Positions 1-15,709 are shown, numbered from the stretch's first letter. The stretch is DNA of 64,000 bases from Lysobacterales bacterium (GCA_020442465.1 JAGRJY010000006.1:19938-83937), one strand, 5' to 3'. A program made the numbers and translations. Notes: generated by a model not told the origin, from the sequence alone.

Positions 1-12
1 GCCGGGGTCGCC

Positions 13-1989
13 GTGCGTCCGGTGCAGGCGAAGAACGAAGCCGAGCTCATCGAGGCGCTGAAGAAAGACGCGTTCGACGTGGCCGTGATCGGCGCCGAGA
101 ACAAGGCGGTGGCGCTCGGCCAGGCCAGCAAGCTCATTCGCAACAGCGGACGCGACGTGCCGATCGTGGCCGTGCTCAGCGAGCTCACGGAAACCGCGAT
201 CCTGCAGGCCTTTTCGGCGGGCTCGCCGCATCTGGCGCCGCGTGACGAGCCGGAGATGCTGCATTTCGTCATCACCGCCGCCTACACGGCGCTGCAGAAC
301 CGCCGCGCGGTGGGGCGTCTGAAGCAGGCGCTCAAGGAAACCGAGAAACGCTGCGACGCGCTGATCGAGTCGTCGCGCGACCCGATTTCGTACGTGCATG
401 AAGGCATGCACATCCGCGCCAACCAGGCCTACCTCGAGATGTTCGGCTTCGAGAGCTTCGAAGACGTCGAGGGGCTGTCGGTGCTCGACCTGATCGCCCC
501 ATCCGACGCCGCCGAGTTCAAGGATCTGCTCAAGCGGCTGAGCAAGGGCGAACCACCGCCCGAGATGATGCAGCTCGACGCCGTGCGCAGCGACGGCAGC
601 GAGTTCGAGGCGACCATGGAGTTCGCCCAGGCGAGCTACGAGGGCGAACCCTGCCTGCAGATCATCTTCCGCCGCCGCGAGCTCAGCGCCGAGGTGGCGC
701 TCGAGCTTGACTCGCTGCGCCAGCGCGACCAGACCACCGGGCTGTACAACCGGCAGTTCTTCCTGTCTGACGTCGAGAAGCTGGCGCTGGAGGTTTCCGA
801 AGGGCGCGGCGCCTGCTCGGTGATCCTCATCGAGGTCGACAATTACGACAAGCTGCTGTCGGACGTGGGCATCGGTCACACCGACGATCTGCTCGAGGCC
901 ACCTCGACGCGTCTTCGCAAGGTGCTCGGCGACGATGACCTGCTGTCGCGGTTCGGCGAGCACACGTTCTCGGCGGTCCTGCGCGACAGCGACCATTCGT
1001 CGACGACCGCCAAGGCCGAGGCGGTGCGCGACGCATTCTCCGGAAAGTTGCTCGAGTTCGCCGCGAAGTCACTCACGGTGACGGTCTCGGTGAGCGCGGT
1101 GCAGGTCACCGACCGCAATGCCGAGGCCACGCAGATTCTCGGTCGCGCAAGCGCGATGCTGCAGAACCTGGTGTCCTCCGGCGGCAACAAAGTCGAGCTG
1201 TACGACCCCTCGGCGCGCGACCGCGCCGAGGAAGAACGTATCCGCGCCCGCGTCAAGGCGGTCGAGGACGCGATCACCAACAACACCCTGGTGCTCTACT
1301 TCCAGCCGATCATTTCGCTGCACGGCGAAGGCACGCAGTGCTACGAGGCGCTGCTGCGACTGCGCGGTGACGACGGCGAGATGGTGCCACCGGGTGTGTT
1401 CCTGCCCGATCTCGAAGAACACGGCCTGAACATCCGGCTCGATCGCTGGGTGATCGGCAAGGCACTCGCGCTGATCGCCGAGCGCCAGGCCAAGGGACAC
1501 GAAACCACCCTGTTCGTGAACATCACCACCGAGACCCTGCTCGACGAGAAGCTGCCGGCCATGGTGTCGGCGATGGTCAAGAAGCTCGGCGTCGACGGCA
1601 AGAACCTGGTGCTCGAGATTCCCGAATCGAAGGTCTTCACCAACCTCAAGCGTGCGCAGCAATTCTGCGCGGGCCTGTCGCAGGCTGGGGTCACGCTCAG
1701 TCTCGAACACTTCGGCGCGTCGAATCATTCGTTCCACGTGCTCGAACACGTGCCTGCCTCGTACCTGCGCCTGGACCGCTCGTTCATGGTCGATCTGGCG
1801 AAGAACGCCGAGAGCCAGAAGAAGGTGCGCGAAATGGCCGACAAGATCACTTCGGCCGGGCGCAAGAGTATCGCCGAGTTCGTCCAGGATGCCGCGTCGA
1901 TGACCGTGCTGTTCACCAGTTCGGTCAACTACGTGCAGGGCAACTTCCTCGCCCCGGCGGGCCCGGAGATGAACTACGACTTTGGCTGA
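13..1989 (+). CDS. REC-like/PAS/GGDEF(degenerate)/EAL c-di-GMP signalling protein, FimX-like; probably 5'-truncated by the window edge
   Basis: PAS (SRDPISYVHEGMHIRANQAY), GGDEF-like region with degenerate FGEHTF, EAL motif YEALLRL, C-terminal VNYVQGNFL. Confidence 0.85.
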   Translation: MRPVQAKNEAELIEALKKDAFDVAVIGAENKAVALGQASKLIRNSGRDVPIVAVLSELTETAILQAFSAGSPHLAPRDEPEMLHFVITAAYTALQNRRAVGRLKQALKETEKRCDALIESSRDPISYVHEGMHIRANQAYLEMFGFESFEDVEGLSVLDLIAPSDAAEFKDLLKRLSKGEPPPEMMQLDAVRSDGSEFEATMEFAQASYEGEPCLQIIFRRRELSAEVALELDSLRQRDQTTGLYNRQFFLSDVEKLALEVSEGRGACSVILIEVDNYDKLLSDVGIGHTDDLLEATSTRLRKVLGDDDLLSRFGEHTFSAVLRDSDHSSTTAKAEAVRDAFSGKLLEFAAKSLTVTVSVSAVQVTDRNAEATQILGRASAMLQNLVSSGGNKVELYDPSARDRAEEERIRARVKAVEDAITNNTLVLYFQPIISLHGEGTQCYEALLRLRGDDGEMVPPGVFLPDLEEHGLNIRLDRWVIGKALALIAERQAKGHETTLFVNITTETLLDEKLPAMVSAMVKKLGVDGKNLVLEIPESKVFTNLKRAQQFCAGLSQAGVTLSLEHFGASNHSFHVLEHVPASYLRLDRSFMVDLAKNAESQKKVREMADKITSAGRKSIAEFVQDAASMTVLFTSSVNYVQGNFLAPAGPEMNYDFG

Positions 1990-2007
1990 GGCCGGGCGGT
2001 TGTAGCT

Positions 2008-2724
2008 ATGCAGACCTCCTTGCAAAGCGTACTTTCCGGCCCGGGCTGCCTGATCGAAGGCTATCGGCTGCTGTCGAGGGGCTCCCTGCGGCCGTTCGTG
2101 ATCGGGCCGCTGCTGGGCAATGTTCTCCTGATCGCCGTGGCCCTGGCGCTGTGCTGGTTCACGGTCGACTGGGCGGTGGCAGCCTGGCTGCCTGCATCGT
2201 GGGGCTGGCTGACCTGGCTGCTGCTGCCGGTGGCGATCCTCGCCCTGCTCTGGCTGTTCATGGTCGGATTTGCCGCGCTGGCCAACCTGCTGCTCGGCCC
2301 TTTCCTCGACCGCTTGGCCGTCGCCACCCGCAATGAGCGCGGCTTTGCAGCACTGGAGCAACCCCACGCCGTCGGCTGGTTGGCCTTCGCCCGGCAGGAA
2401 CTCAGGCGCTGGGCCTATCTGATCGTGTGCCTGCTTGGCGTGCTGGTCATCGGCTGGATTCCCTTCGTGCAGGTGGCGGCCGCGCCGCTCGCCCTGCTGG
2501 TCTCGGCGTGGTTCCTGGTGATCGAGACCTCGGCGCACGCGTTTGCGATTCGCGGCGTGAACTTCTCCGGCCAGTTGGCCGTGCTTCGCCAGCACCGCGG
2601 CTCGGCGCTGGCGTTCGGCCTCGCTGCGAGCGGCGCACTCCTGCTGCCGGTGTTCAACCTGCTGCTTGTTCCCGCCGCAGTCATCGGCATGACCCTCTGG
2701 GTCGAACAACGCATCGCCGAATAG
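2008..2724 (+). CDS. EI24/CysZ-like membrane protein
   Basis: Hydrophobic helices; ANLLLGPFLDRL and PVFNLLLVPAAVIGMT resemble CysZ-family motifs. Confidence 0.7.
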   Translation: MQTSLQSVLSGPGCLIEGYRLLSRGSLRPFVIGPLLGNVLLIAVALALCWFTVDWAVAAWLPASWGWLTWLLLPVAILALLWLFMVGFAALANLLLGPFLDRLAVATRNERGFAALEQPHAVGWLAFARQELRRWAYLIVCLLGVLVIGWIPFVQVAAAPLALLVSAWFLVIETSAHAFAIRGVNFSGQLAVLRQHRGSALAFGLAASGALLLPVFNLLLVPAAVIGMTLWVEQRIAE

Positions 2725-2736
2725 TCGGGCCACGCG

Positions 2737-3585
2737 ATGGGCTATCGCGGTCGCTTCGCCCCCTCCCCCACCGGCCCGCTGCATCGCGGCTCGGCCTGCG
2801 CCGCGCTGGGAAGCTGGCTGGACGCACGCGCGCACGGCGGCTCGTGGCTGATTCGTATCGAAGACGTGGATCGTCCGCGCACCGTGGCCGGCGCGGCCGA
2901 GTCGCAGCTGCAGATGCTCGCCGCCATGGGCATGCTGAGCGACGAGCCGGTGCTTCGACAGAGCGAGCGCGATGACGCCTACCAGCGCGCGCTCGACCAG
3001 CTGGTCGACCAGGGACTCGCCTTCGCCTGCAGCTGCTCGCGCACCGACCTGGCCCTGTACCACGGCAGGCATCCCCGTTGCGTGCGCGCGGCGGACCCCA
3101 GGCAGCACGCCTGGCGATTGCGTGCCGGGGAGTCGCCGATCGAGTTCGCCGATCGACGTCTCGGCGCACAGCGGTGGTCGCTCGCAGACCTCTGCGGCGA
3201 CTTCGTGATTCGGCGCAACGACGGGCTGTTCGCCTACCAGCTGGCCGTGGTGGTCGATGACGCCGCGCAATCGATTTCCCACGTCGTCCGCGGTGCGGAC
3301 CTGCTCGACTCCACGCCGCGGCAAATCGCCCTGCAGCGCGCGCTCGGCTTGCCGACGCCACGCTATCTGCACCTCGATCTGGTGCGCGACGGGCACGGCG
3401 CGAAGCTGAGCAAGTCCGAGGGCGCGGACGCGCTCGACCCCGCGCAGCCGCTTGCCGCACTGCAGCATGCGTGGCTCGACCTGGGCGGGCACGCAGAAGC
3501 GGTCCGCCACGCTGCGACCGTCGGCGACTTTCTGCAGTGCGCACTGCGCACGCATGCGGAATCTTCGCTGATCGAACGCCGCTGA
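2737..3585 (+). CDS. gluQ: Glutamyl-Q tRNA(Asp) synthetase
   Basis: YRGRFAPSPTGPLH, CSCSR zinc site, YQLAVVVDD, KLSKS; short, lacks anticodon domain. Confidence 0.92.
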   Translation: MGYRGRFAPSPTGPLHRGSACAALGSWLDARAHGGSWLIRIEDVDRPRTVAGAAESQLQMLAAMGMLSDEPVLRQSERDDAYQRALDQLVDQGLAFACSCSRTDLALYHGRHPRCVRAADPRQHAWRLRAGESPIEFADRRLGAQRWSLADLCGDFVIRRNDGLFAYQLAVVVDDAAQSISHVVRGADLLDSTPRQIALQRALGLPTPRYLHLDLVRDGHGAKLSKSEGADALDPAQPLAALQHAWLDLGGHAEAVRHAATVGDFLQCALRTHAESSLIERR

Positions 3586-3659
3586 CCCGGCCCGGGCATC
3601 GGCGGCGTGTACACTCGGCGCAACGCCCCGTTAGCGGGCGGAACCACGGAGGAGGGAGC

Positions 3660-4403
3660 ATGAGCAAGGCACGCGTGGCCCTGGTGACGGGCGGCACAGG
3701 GGGCATCGGCACGGCGATCTGCCGACGACTCGCCCAGATGGGGCACAAGGTGGCGACGAACTATCGCGACGAGGGCCGCGCCAAGGCGTGGCAGGACGCG
3801 CAGAAGGCCGCCGGTTTCGACATCACGATCGTTCCGGGCGACGTCGGCTCACCTGAGTCGGCAGCCGCGATGGTGGCTGCGGTCGAACAGGCACTCGGCC
3901 CGGTCGATGTCCTGATCAACAACGCCGGCATCACCCGCGACGGCACGTTCCACCGAATGAAGCCCGAGCAGTGGAACGACGTGATCAATACCAACCTCAA
4001 CTCCTGCTTCAACGTGACCCGTCCGGTCATCGACGGCATGCGCGATCGCAAGTGGGGCCGCATCGTGCAGATCAGTTCGATCAACGGACTGAAGGGCCAG
4101 TACGGCCAGGCCAACTACGCGGCTGCGAAGGCCGGCATGCACGGGTTCACCATCTCGCTGGCGCGTGAGAACGCCAAGCTCGGCATCACCGTGAACACCG
4201 TTTCGCCGGGGTACGTGGCCACCGACATGGTGATGGCCGTTCCCGAGGAAGTGCGTGCCAAGATCGTTGCCGACATTCCCACCGGCCGCCTCGGCACGCC
4301 GGAGGAAATCGCCTACGCCGTGGGCTTTCTGGTCGCCGACGAGGCCGCCTGGATCACCGGCTCGAACCTCGACATCAACGGTGGCCACCACATGGGCTGG
4401 TAG
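3660..4403 (+). CDS. phbB: Acetoacetyl-CoA reductase (SDR)
   Basis: VALVTGGTGGIG, NNAGITRD, GQANYAAAKAG; GGAGG upstream of ATG 3660. Confidence 0.9.
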   Translation: MSKARVALVTGGTGGIGTAICRRLAQMGHKVATNYRDEGRAKAWQDAQKAAGFDITIVPGDVGSPESAAAMVAAVEQALGPVDVLINNAGITRDGTFHRMKPEQWNDVINTNLNSCFNVTRPVIDGMRDRKWGRIVQISSINGLKGQYGQANYAAAKAGMHGFTISLARENAKLGITVNTVSPGYVATDMVMAVPEEVRAKIVADIPTGRLGTPEEIAYAVGFLVADEAAWITGSNLDINGGHHMGW

Positions 4404-4423
4404 CCCAGCGCGGAACTGGCGTC

Positions 4424-4978
4424 ATGCACGACCCGCACGACCCGCTGGACGCCTGGGATGACGACGATCCGGCCCTGCTGCATGCTGCAGTGGGGCCGGT
4501 GCGTCGCATCCATGCCGAGGAGGCGCCGAAGCGGCCGCGTCCGGATGCCCGCGCGCGGTCGCTGGAGCAGGACGAACGCGAAGCGGTGCGCACCGCGCAG
4601 CACGCGCCTTTTTCGCTCGCCGAGCCTGGAGAGAGCAGTCGCTATCGTCGTGACGAAGTGCCCGCCCGCACGCTGAAACGATTGGCCAAGGGCCTGTTCG
4701 CGGTGCAGGACGAATTCGACCTGCACTGGCTCGGCGCCGAACAGGCGCTGGCGGCCACCCGGCGATTTCTCGCCGAAGCGCGCGCCGCCGACCTCCGCTG
4801 CGTGCGGCTGATCCACGGCAAGGGCACGCGTAGCCAAGGCGGCGAATCCGTACTGCGTCCACGCGTGGAAGCGCACCTGATGCAGCGTGCAGACGTGCTG
4901 GCTTTCGCATCTGCCCCCACCAACCAAGGCGGCACCGGCGCGCTGCTGGTGCTGCTCAAGTCAGACAGGGGCGGCTGA
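4424..4978 (+). CDS. Smr/MutS2 domain protein
   Basis: FDLHWL, IHGKG, GGTGALLVLL Smr motifs. Confidence 0.88.
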   Translation: MHDPHDPLDAWDDDDPALLHAAVGPVRRIHAEEAPKRPRPDARARSLEQDEREAVRTAQHAPFSLAEPGESSRYRRDEVPARTLKRLAKGLFAVQDEFDLHWLGAEQALAATRRFLAEARAADLRCVRLIHGKGTRSQGGESVLRPRVEAHLMQRADVLAFASAPTNQGGTGALLVLLKSDRGG

Positions 4979-5039
4979 GCGCATCGCGCCCGATTCGTCG
5001 CCTAGCCCACCAGGCATGCCGGTCATCGATACGCGCCGC

Positions 5040-5095
5040 GTAGACCCGGCGAGCACAGTCGGTGCCCCACGTGGCGTCGACTGGCGTCGATCTAC
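5040..5095. repeat. Degenerate REP-like pair (GTAG...CTAC) between convergent genes
   Basis: Minus strand reads GTAGA-TCGAC-gcca-GTCGA; a degenerate GTAGA arm on the plus strand at 5040. Confidence 0.35.
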
Positions 5096-5179
5096 CCAAT
5101 GCCCGCCCGCGAGACTCGACAGCCTCGTTGCCAGCCACCGCAAGCTCGGATGCCGGTGCGCCGGGGGCGCACCGCAGTC

Positions 5180-5398
5180 TCAGCGCTTGGCGACTTCGTC
5201 TTGGCCAACCCGCGGTGGATTGACCCAGTGCACGTCGACGCCGCGCCTGCGTGCGATGGCCTCGACCTGCCCCATATAGGTTTGATCGACCGAGAAAGGG
5301 CTGACCTTGGTCGCCGCATAGGACGAGCCGCTGCTCGCGCAACCTGCCGCCAGCAGAATCAGGGATGCCACGCATGCCATGCGAAGGAGCGTTTTCAT
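5180..5398 (-). CDS. Small lipoprotein (72 aa)
   Basis: MKT start with GGAGG RBS, lipobox LAAG-C, C-terminal VHWVNPP. Confidence 0.75.
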   Translation of the reverse strand: MKTLLRMACVASLILLAAGCASSGSSYAATKVSPFSVDQTYMGQVEAIARRRGVDVHWVNPPRVGQDEVAKR

Positions 5399-5518
5399 GA
5401 GACCTCCGTCGATTCGGTGTGCCGCAGGCATCGTGCAGCGTGCCTGCAATGCCGAGACTACGCCTCATCGCCGCTTCGACTCGTGGCCGAGGTCACGCCT
5501 GTTTCGTGAAAATTCAGG

Positions 5519-6553
5519 CTAGGACCGGCCTCGGCCCCCATCCAGGCACGGACCGAGGGCGTCCAGCACCGTCGTGGCATACGCACCGGCCGGCAAGGTG
5601 AAGGCGAGGCGAATCTCCGCCGCGCCAGAGCGAGCGACGCTCAGGCTCGCCACGCTCAGCCGCAAGCTACGGCGTTCCTGGCGCAATCCGGCCGCTTCCA
5701 GACCACGCAACAGATCGGAACAGTTCTGTTCGGGGCCGAGATCGAAGACCCGCGCCGCCGACTCGGAACGCAGCGTGCCCTGCCCCCACAACGCGCCCGT
5801 GGGATGCACATCGCCGCGCGCCGCGCGGGCCAGCAGTTCGTCGCTGATCGGCTCGGGTCCGAATACGCTCGCGCTGCCGGCGAGCATGAACACCTCACCT
5901 TCGACCGGCGACTCCCAGCACCCCGCCGCCACGCGTGCGGCCAGAATGCGATTGAACACGTCAGAGCGTGCCGCGGACAGCAGGATGCTGCGCTTCTCCC
6001 GCGAGACCCGCCGGCCGGCGAACATCCGCCGCGCGGCGTCCAGGTTTCCCCCATCGATGCCGAAGCGCTGCTGACCGAAGTAGTTCGGCACGCCGCGCTG
6101 GGCGAGCAGCTGGGCCACCCGTTCCTCGCCACCAGCGGGCAGTCCTTGGATGTCACGCACCACGATATCGAAGCGATTGCCCGACAGCGCGCCGCGCTGC
6201 AGCTTGCGCCGATGGCGGACGGCACTCAGCACCTTGAACTCTTCGCTCTGTGGTGGCGCCTCGGGCGCTTCCTTTCCCGGCAGGTGCAGCGAAAACCACT
6301 GCGTCGTCACCGCATGGCGGTCCTTGAGCCCGGCGTATCCGACGTCGCGTTCGGTCACGCCAGCCCAGCGCGCCAGTTCGGTGGCCACCCAGGCTGTATT
6401 CGCTCCGCGCTTCTCGACGTGCAGCCACAGGTGTTCGCCCTCGCCCTCAGGTTCGAACCCGAGTTGCTCGTCGACGCGGAAATCCTCGGGACAGGCCTTG
6501 ATCAGCGCGGACTCCCACAGCGCCGGCCAGGGACGCGGCAGCTCGGAAGTCAA
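5519..6553 (-). CDS. truD: tRNA pseudouridine(13) synthase
   Basis: [44 protein letters not shown]. Confidence 0.95.
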   Translation of the reverse strand: MTSELPRPWPALWESALIKACPEDFRVDEQLGFEPEGEGEHLWLHVEKRGANTAWVATELARWAGVTERDVGYAGLKDRHAVTTQWFSLHLPGKEAPEAPPQSEEFKVLSAVRHRRKLQRGALSGNRFDIVVRDIQGLPAGGEERVAQLLAQRGVPNYFGQQRFGIDGGNLDAARRMFAGRRVSREKRSILLSAARSDVFNRILAARVAAGCWESPVEGEVFMLAGSASVFGPEPISDELLARAARGDVHPTGALWGQGTLRSESAARVFDLGPEQNCSDLLRGLEAAGLRQERRSLRLSVASLSVARSGAAEIRLAFTLPAGAYATTVLDALGPCLDGGRGRS

Positions 6554-7029
6554 CGCGGCACCACGGCCACGACCGCTTGCGCCGCCATCCCTTCTTCACG
6601 TCCGGTGAAGCCGAGCCGCTCGGATGTGGTCGCCTTCACCGATACGGCTGCGATGTCCACCCGGAGGTCCTCGGCCATCAACTTTCGCATGGCGTCGACG
6701 TGCGGCGCGAGCTTGGGCCGCTCGCACACAACGACGGCATCGACGTTGTGCACGCGCCAGCCGCGCTCCTGCAGCATCGCCTGTACGGCCCGCAGCATCA
6801 GCCGGCTGTCGGCGCCGCGCCAGGTGGCGTCACCCGGCGGAAAATGACGGCCGATATCCCCCAGGGCCAGCGCGCCCAGCAGGGCATCGCAGACTGCGTG
6901 GATCAGCACGTCGCCATCGGAATGGGCGAGCAACCCCTTGTCGTGTGCGATGCGCACACCGCCGAGCACTACATGATCGCCCTCGGTGAACGCGTGCACG
7001 TCGTAGCCGATACCGACCCGCGCCGTCAC
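6550..7029 (-). CDS. ispF: 2-C-methyl-D-erythritol 2,4-cyclodiphosphate synthase
   Basis: [42 protein letters not shown]; GTG start overlaps ispD stop. Confidence 0.95.
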   Translation of the reverse strand: MTARVGIGYDVHAFTEGDHVVLGGVRIAHDKGLLAHSDGDVLIHAVCDALLGALALGDIGRHFPPGDATWRGADSRLMLRAVQAMLQERGWRVHNVDAVVVCERPKLAPHVDAMRKLMAEDLRVDIAAVSVKATTSERLGFTGREEGMAAQAVVAVVPR

Positions 7030-7724
7030 GCCGATGACCTCGCCAAGCGCCCGAGGATCGACTCGGCCAGCGCCAGATCGCCGGACGTGGTGATCTTCAG
7101 GTTGTCTTCCGACCCCTCGACCACCATCGGAAACAGGCCCAGACGCTCCACGGCGCTGGCTTCGTCGGTCACGCTCAATCCGCCTGCGCGCGCTGACTCC
7201 AGCGCCCGGGTCAGCGTGGCCCGCCGGAACATCTGCGGGGTGAACGCGCGCCACATGGCGTCGCGCGGCTCGGTGCGCAGCACCTCTCCGTTCTCGTCGA
7301 CCCGCTTGATGGTGTCACGCGCGGGCGCCGCCAGCAGCGCACCGACGCCGTGTGCGGCACCGTGTTCGAGCAAGCGTTCGAGGTCTTCCTGCACGAGGCA
7401 GGGGCGTGCCGCGTCATGCACCAGCACCCAGTCGCGTTCGCGCACGGACTTCGGCAGCGCCTGCAGCGCGGCCAGCACCGAATCGGCGCGCTCACGCCCG
7501 CCGTCGCACTGCAGCACCGGCTTGCCCGCCAGCTCGCGGAACCCCGGCCAGTGCGGGTCGCCCGGCGCCAGCGCAACCATGATGCCTTCCACGCTGCGAT
7601 GGCGCGCCAGGGCAAGCAGCGTGTGATGCAGCACAGTGCGGCCGTACAGGGGCGCGTACTGCTTCGGCAGGTCTCCGCCGAAGCGGCTGCCACGTCCGGC
7701 CGCCGGCACCACGGCCCAGATCAT
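7026..7724 (-). CDS. ispD: MEP cytidylyltransferase
   Basis: [29 protein letters not shown]. Confidence 0.95.
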   Translation of the reverse strand: MIWAVVPAAGRGSRFGGDLPKQYAPLYGRTVLHHTLLALARHRSVEGIMVALAPGDPHWPGFRELAGKPVLQCDGGRERADSVLAALQALPKSVRERDWVLVHDAARPCLVQEDLERLLEHGAAHGVGALLAAPARDTIKRVDENGEVLRTEPRDAMWRAFTPQMFRRATLTRALESARAGGLSVTDEASAVERLGLFPMVVEGSEDNLKITTSGDLALAESILGRLARSSA

Positions 7725-8062
7725 CGCGCTCCTCCAGCGTCGGCTGTGCCTTCTTCGTCTGCCTGCGGTCTCGCCTCCGCCGGCGGCTTGGTCTCGACCA
7801 CGCGGTAGTAGGTCTCGCCCGGCTTGATCATCCCCAGCTCACTTCGCGCACGCTCTTCCACCGCCGCGGTGCCGCCCTTGAGGTCGGCGACCTCGGCGGC
7901 CAGGTCGTCGTTGCGTCGTCTCAATCCCGCGTTCTCCTTGTCCTGCCGCGCGACGGTCGTGCGCAGGGCATCGACTTCGGCGCGCCCGCCATCGCCCCAC
8001 CACAACTTGTACTGCAGCCCGGCCAGAAGGAGCAGCAGCAGAAGCAGCAGGATCCTGAACAC
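7721..8062 (-). CDS. ftsB: Cell division protein FtsB
   Basis: N-terminal TM, LQYKLWWGDGG, coiled coil, EERARSELGMIKPGE; eno-ftsB-ispD synteny. Confidence 0.93.
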   Translation of the reverse strand: MFRILLLLLLLLLAGLQYKLWWGDGGRAEVDALRTTVARQDKENAGLRRRNDDLAAEVADLKGGTAAVEERARSELGMIKPGETYYRVVETKPPAEARPQADEEGTADAGGAR

Positions 8063-8071
8063 GCAGATCCG

Positions 8072-9403
<1,332 letters not shown>

Positions 9404-9419
9404 TCAGGAAGGGCTGCTG

Positions 9420-9554
9420 GTCCGCGAAAGTCCGCGAAGAACGCGATGCATCGGCGAGATGACGGAACCATTCGCCCATTGAGGCGCCCGAGACTGGATG
9501 CCTCTGACGCAGCCGGCACCGGATCCTGACCGGCTTCTTGCGTGCTTCGCGGAC
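9420..9554. repeat. Intergenic inverted-repeat element built on CGCGAA units
   Basis: Arm 9430-9446 gtccgcgaagaacgcga vs 9538-9554 (revcomp gtccgcgaagcacgcaa), 15/17 match; extra gtccgcgaaa unit at 9420-9429. Confidence 0.6.
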
Positions 9555-9626
9555 GGGCGCTCTGGCTCGGCGCAGCGACGTGCGGCGTCCGAGCAAAGGT
9601 CCGGGCTCGTCTTCGCGAGCGTCATG

Positions 9627-10460
9627 TCAGCCCGCCTGCTCCAGAAAGCCGGCACGCTTTACCGCCCGGTCGAGTTCGACCAGGGTCTCGAGCAGCGCCC
9701 GCATTCTCGGCAGCGGCCAGGCGTTGGGCCCGTCGGAGAGCGCCTTGTCCGGATCGGGGTGGGTTTCCATGAACAGGCCGGAGACGCCCGCGGCGACGGC
9801 AGCGCGCGCCAGTACGGGCACGAATTCGCGCTGTCCACCCGACTTGCCGTCGGCGCCGCCGGGCAGCTGCACCGAGTGCGTGGCGTCGAATACCACCGGA
9901 CAACCGGTGTCGCGCATCACCGCCAGCGAGCGCATGTCCGAGACAAGATTGTTGTAGCCAAAGCTCGCGCCGCGCTCGCACACCATCACGCCGGCGTTGC
10001 CGGTCGCCTTCGCCTTGGCGGCGACGTGTTTCATTTCCCAGGGGCTGAGGAACTGTCCCTTCTTGATGTTCACCGGCTTGCCGGTGCGCGCCACGTTCTG
10101 GATGAAGTCGGTCTGCCGGCAAAGGAAGGCCGGCGTCTGCAGCACGTCGACGACGGCGGCCACCTCGCCCATCGGCGTGTACTCGTGCACGTCGGTGAGC
10201 ACCGGCACCCCAACCTGACGTTTCACTGCGTCGAGCACCTTGAGACCCTCTTCCAGGCCCGGCCCGCGAAAGCTCGTGCCCGAGGTGCGGTTCGCCTTGT
10301 CGAAGCTCGACTTGAAAATAAACGGCACGCCGAGCGCGCCGGTGATCTCCTTGAGCTGACCGGCGGTGTCGATCTGCAGCTGCATCGACTCGATCACGCA
10401 AGGACCGGCGATCAGGAAGAACGGCCGGTCGAGCCCGACTTCGAATCCGCAGAGGTTCAT
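9627..10460 (-). CDS. kdsA: KDO-8-phosphate synthase
   Basis: [46 protein letters not shown]. Confidence 0.97.
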   Translation of the reverse strand: MNLCGFEVGLDRPFFLIAGPCVIESMQLQIDTAGQLKEITGALGVPFIFKSSFDKANRTSGTSFRGPGLEEGLKVLDAVKRQVGVPVLTDVHEYTPMGEVAAVVDVLQTPAFLCRQTDFIQNVARTGKPVNIKKGQFLSPWEMKHVAAKAKATGNAGVMVCERGASFGYNNLVSDMRSLAVMRDTGCPVVFDATHSVQLPGGADGKSGGQREFVPVLARAAVAAGVSGLFMETHPDPDKALSDGPNAWPLPRMRALLETLVELDRAVKRAGFLEQAG

Positions 10461-10530
10461 GCGCAGGCCTCCCGGTCAACCTGGTGCAGCTCGACGAACC
10501 CACGGCGAGGAGCGAACAGCATCCGTCTGT

Positions 10531-10635
10531 TCGCGAATGACGCCATGGGCGCGAAAGGCTGACTGAGCGGAGTGCTCACGTGCTTCGTGCGACTGGCCCG
10601 CGACGTGCACTTCGCGCTATTCGCGTCATCGGCGG
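10531..10635. repeat. Second CGCGAA-unit imperfect inverted repeat (pyrG-kdsA gap)
   Basis: Arm 10531-10555 vs revcomp of 10611-10635, 18/25 match, about 9-nt periodicity. Confidence 0.55.
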
Positions 10636-10680
10636 AAAGTAGTTGCTGGATTCTCCACTTCCCCGCGCCGTCGACAGCAC

Positions 10681-14403
<3,723 letters not shown>

Positions 14404-14410
14404 TTTTTGT

Positions 14411-14673
14411 GCGGGACCGGGCATCCTGCCGCGGCCCGCACGGAAACGGCCGCGGCAGAGCCGCGCCACCTTTCCCGACTCCGCCGCTACGCGGCTTCGT
14501 CGTTGGCACATCCCTGTGTCAAGCCGGCTCCGTCGATGCTCCCGAGCAAGGCGGGACCGGGCATCCTGCCGCGGCCCGCACGGAAACGGCCGCGGCCAAG
14601 CCGCGCCACCTTTCCCGACTCCGCCGCTACGCGGCTTCGTCGTTGGCACATCCCTGTGCCAAGCCGGCTCCGT
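14411..14673 (+). repeat. Tandem duplication of a 123-nt structured unit, 140-nt period
   Basis: 14411-14533 vs 14551-14673 differ at 3 positions; internal hairpins gccgcggcc..ggccgcggc and ggcaca-tccc-tgtgcc. Confidence 0.9.
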
Positions 14674-14789
14674 GGTTGCTTCCGAAGGTCGAGAGACCGG
14701 CCATTGCCGAGTCGAGCCCGGGGCAAGGTCTGCCACGATGCAAGATCAAGTGCTCACAGCGAAGCCGCGCCGGCGACTGCGTCTTGCGG

Positions 14790-15689
14790 TCAGTCGGGTT
14801 CGACTTCGACCCGGTTGCGGCCCGAATCCTTGGCCCGGTAGAGCGCCGCATCGGCTGCCCGCATCAGGCTGCTGCGGTCGGCACGGTCGGCCCGCGCACA
14901 CGCGATGCCGATGCTGACGGTGATCTGCCGCGCCTCGCCATCGAGCTCGAAGCGCTCCTCGGCGACAGCGGCACGGAATCGCTCGGCGAACTGCTGCGCC
15001 ATTGTGACATCGCACTCGGCGAGCACGACGGCGAACTCCTCGCCACCAATTCGTGCCACCAGGTCTTCCTGGCGAACAAAGCGCTTCAGCACGTCGGTCA
15101 GCTGACGCAACGCGCCGTCACCCGTGAGGTGCCCGTAGCGGTCGTTGACTGCCTTGAACAAGTCGATGTCGATCATGCACAGGCTCAGCGGCCGCTCGTG
15201 CCGCTGCGCGCGCGCCAGTTCCTTGTCGAACAGCTCGGCGAAGTGCCGACGATTGCACAGGCCGGTGAGCGCGTCGTGGGTAGCGAGCTGGTAGACCTCT
15301 TCGTGGTAGTCCGCCTCGACCGACACGTGGCTGATGAACTTCAGGATCACTTCGCCGAGCCCGATGTGATCGCCGTCGGCCAGCGTGGCCTCGTCGATCT
15401 TCACGTCATTGAGTCGGGTGGTGTTGGTCGCGCCCAGGTCGGCCACGCGATAGCCATCACCTTCGCGCCAGATCCTGCAGTGGCGACGCGAGACACTTTT
15501 GTGCGGCAGACAGAGATCGGTTTCGTGCGATCGCCCGATGACCACGGCATCGGCGCCGATGTCGGCACGACGACCCAGCCCCTCACCGCGAATCACGACC
15601 ACACAGGCCGAGCCATGCAGGGGGCGTCCGGGCACGTCGTCGGCGGCGATGCGCTGGGTGGTGAGGGTGGATTCCGGTGCGGCGCTCAT
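14790..15689 (-). CDS. FHA-domain diguanylate cyclase
   Basis: FHA motifs (VIGR, SVSRRH, DLGATNTT) followed by DALTGL...RIGGEEF; start may be 15695. Confidence 0.9.
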   Translation of the reverse strand: MSAAPESTLTTQRIAADDVPGRPLHGSACVVVIRGEGLGRRADIGADAVVIGRSHETDLCLPHKSVSRRHCRIWREGDGYRVADLGATNTTRLNDVKIDEATLADGDHIGLGEVILKFISHVSVEADYHEEVYQLATHDALTGLCNRRHFAELFDKELARAQRHERPLSLCMIDIDLFKAVNDRYGHLTGDGALRQLTDVLKRFVRQEDLVARIGGEEFAVVLAECDVTMAQQFAERFRAAVAEERFELDGEARQITVSIGIACARADRADRSSLMRAADAALYRAKDSGRNRVEVEPD

Positions 15690-15709
15690 GACCATCGATT
15701 CGGCGGATC

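Noticed and set aside
1069-3555. Long antisense ORFs (828 aa here; also 15686-17803, 26024-27925, 28025-29890, 52813-54393 and others)
   Set aside because: Shadows of real genes on the opposite strand, expected with high-GC codon bias; no motifs.
9404-9625. ORF in the kdsA-eno gap
   Set aside because: Low-information peptide across a repeat element; it stops 48 nt short of the eno start, so there is no coupling evidence.
14411-14673. CRISPR array
   Set aside because: Only two units of 123 nt with 17-nt linkers that are themselves similar; no cas genes.
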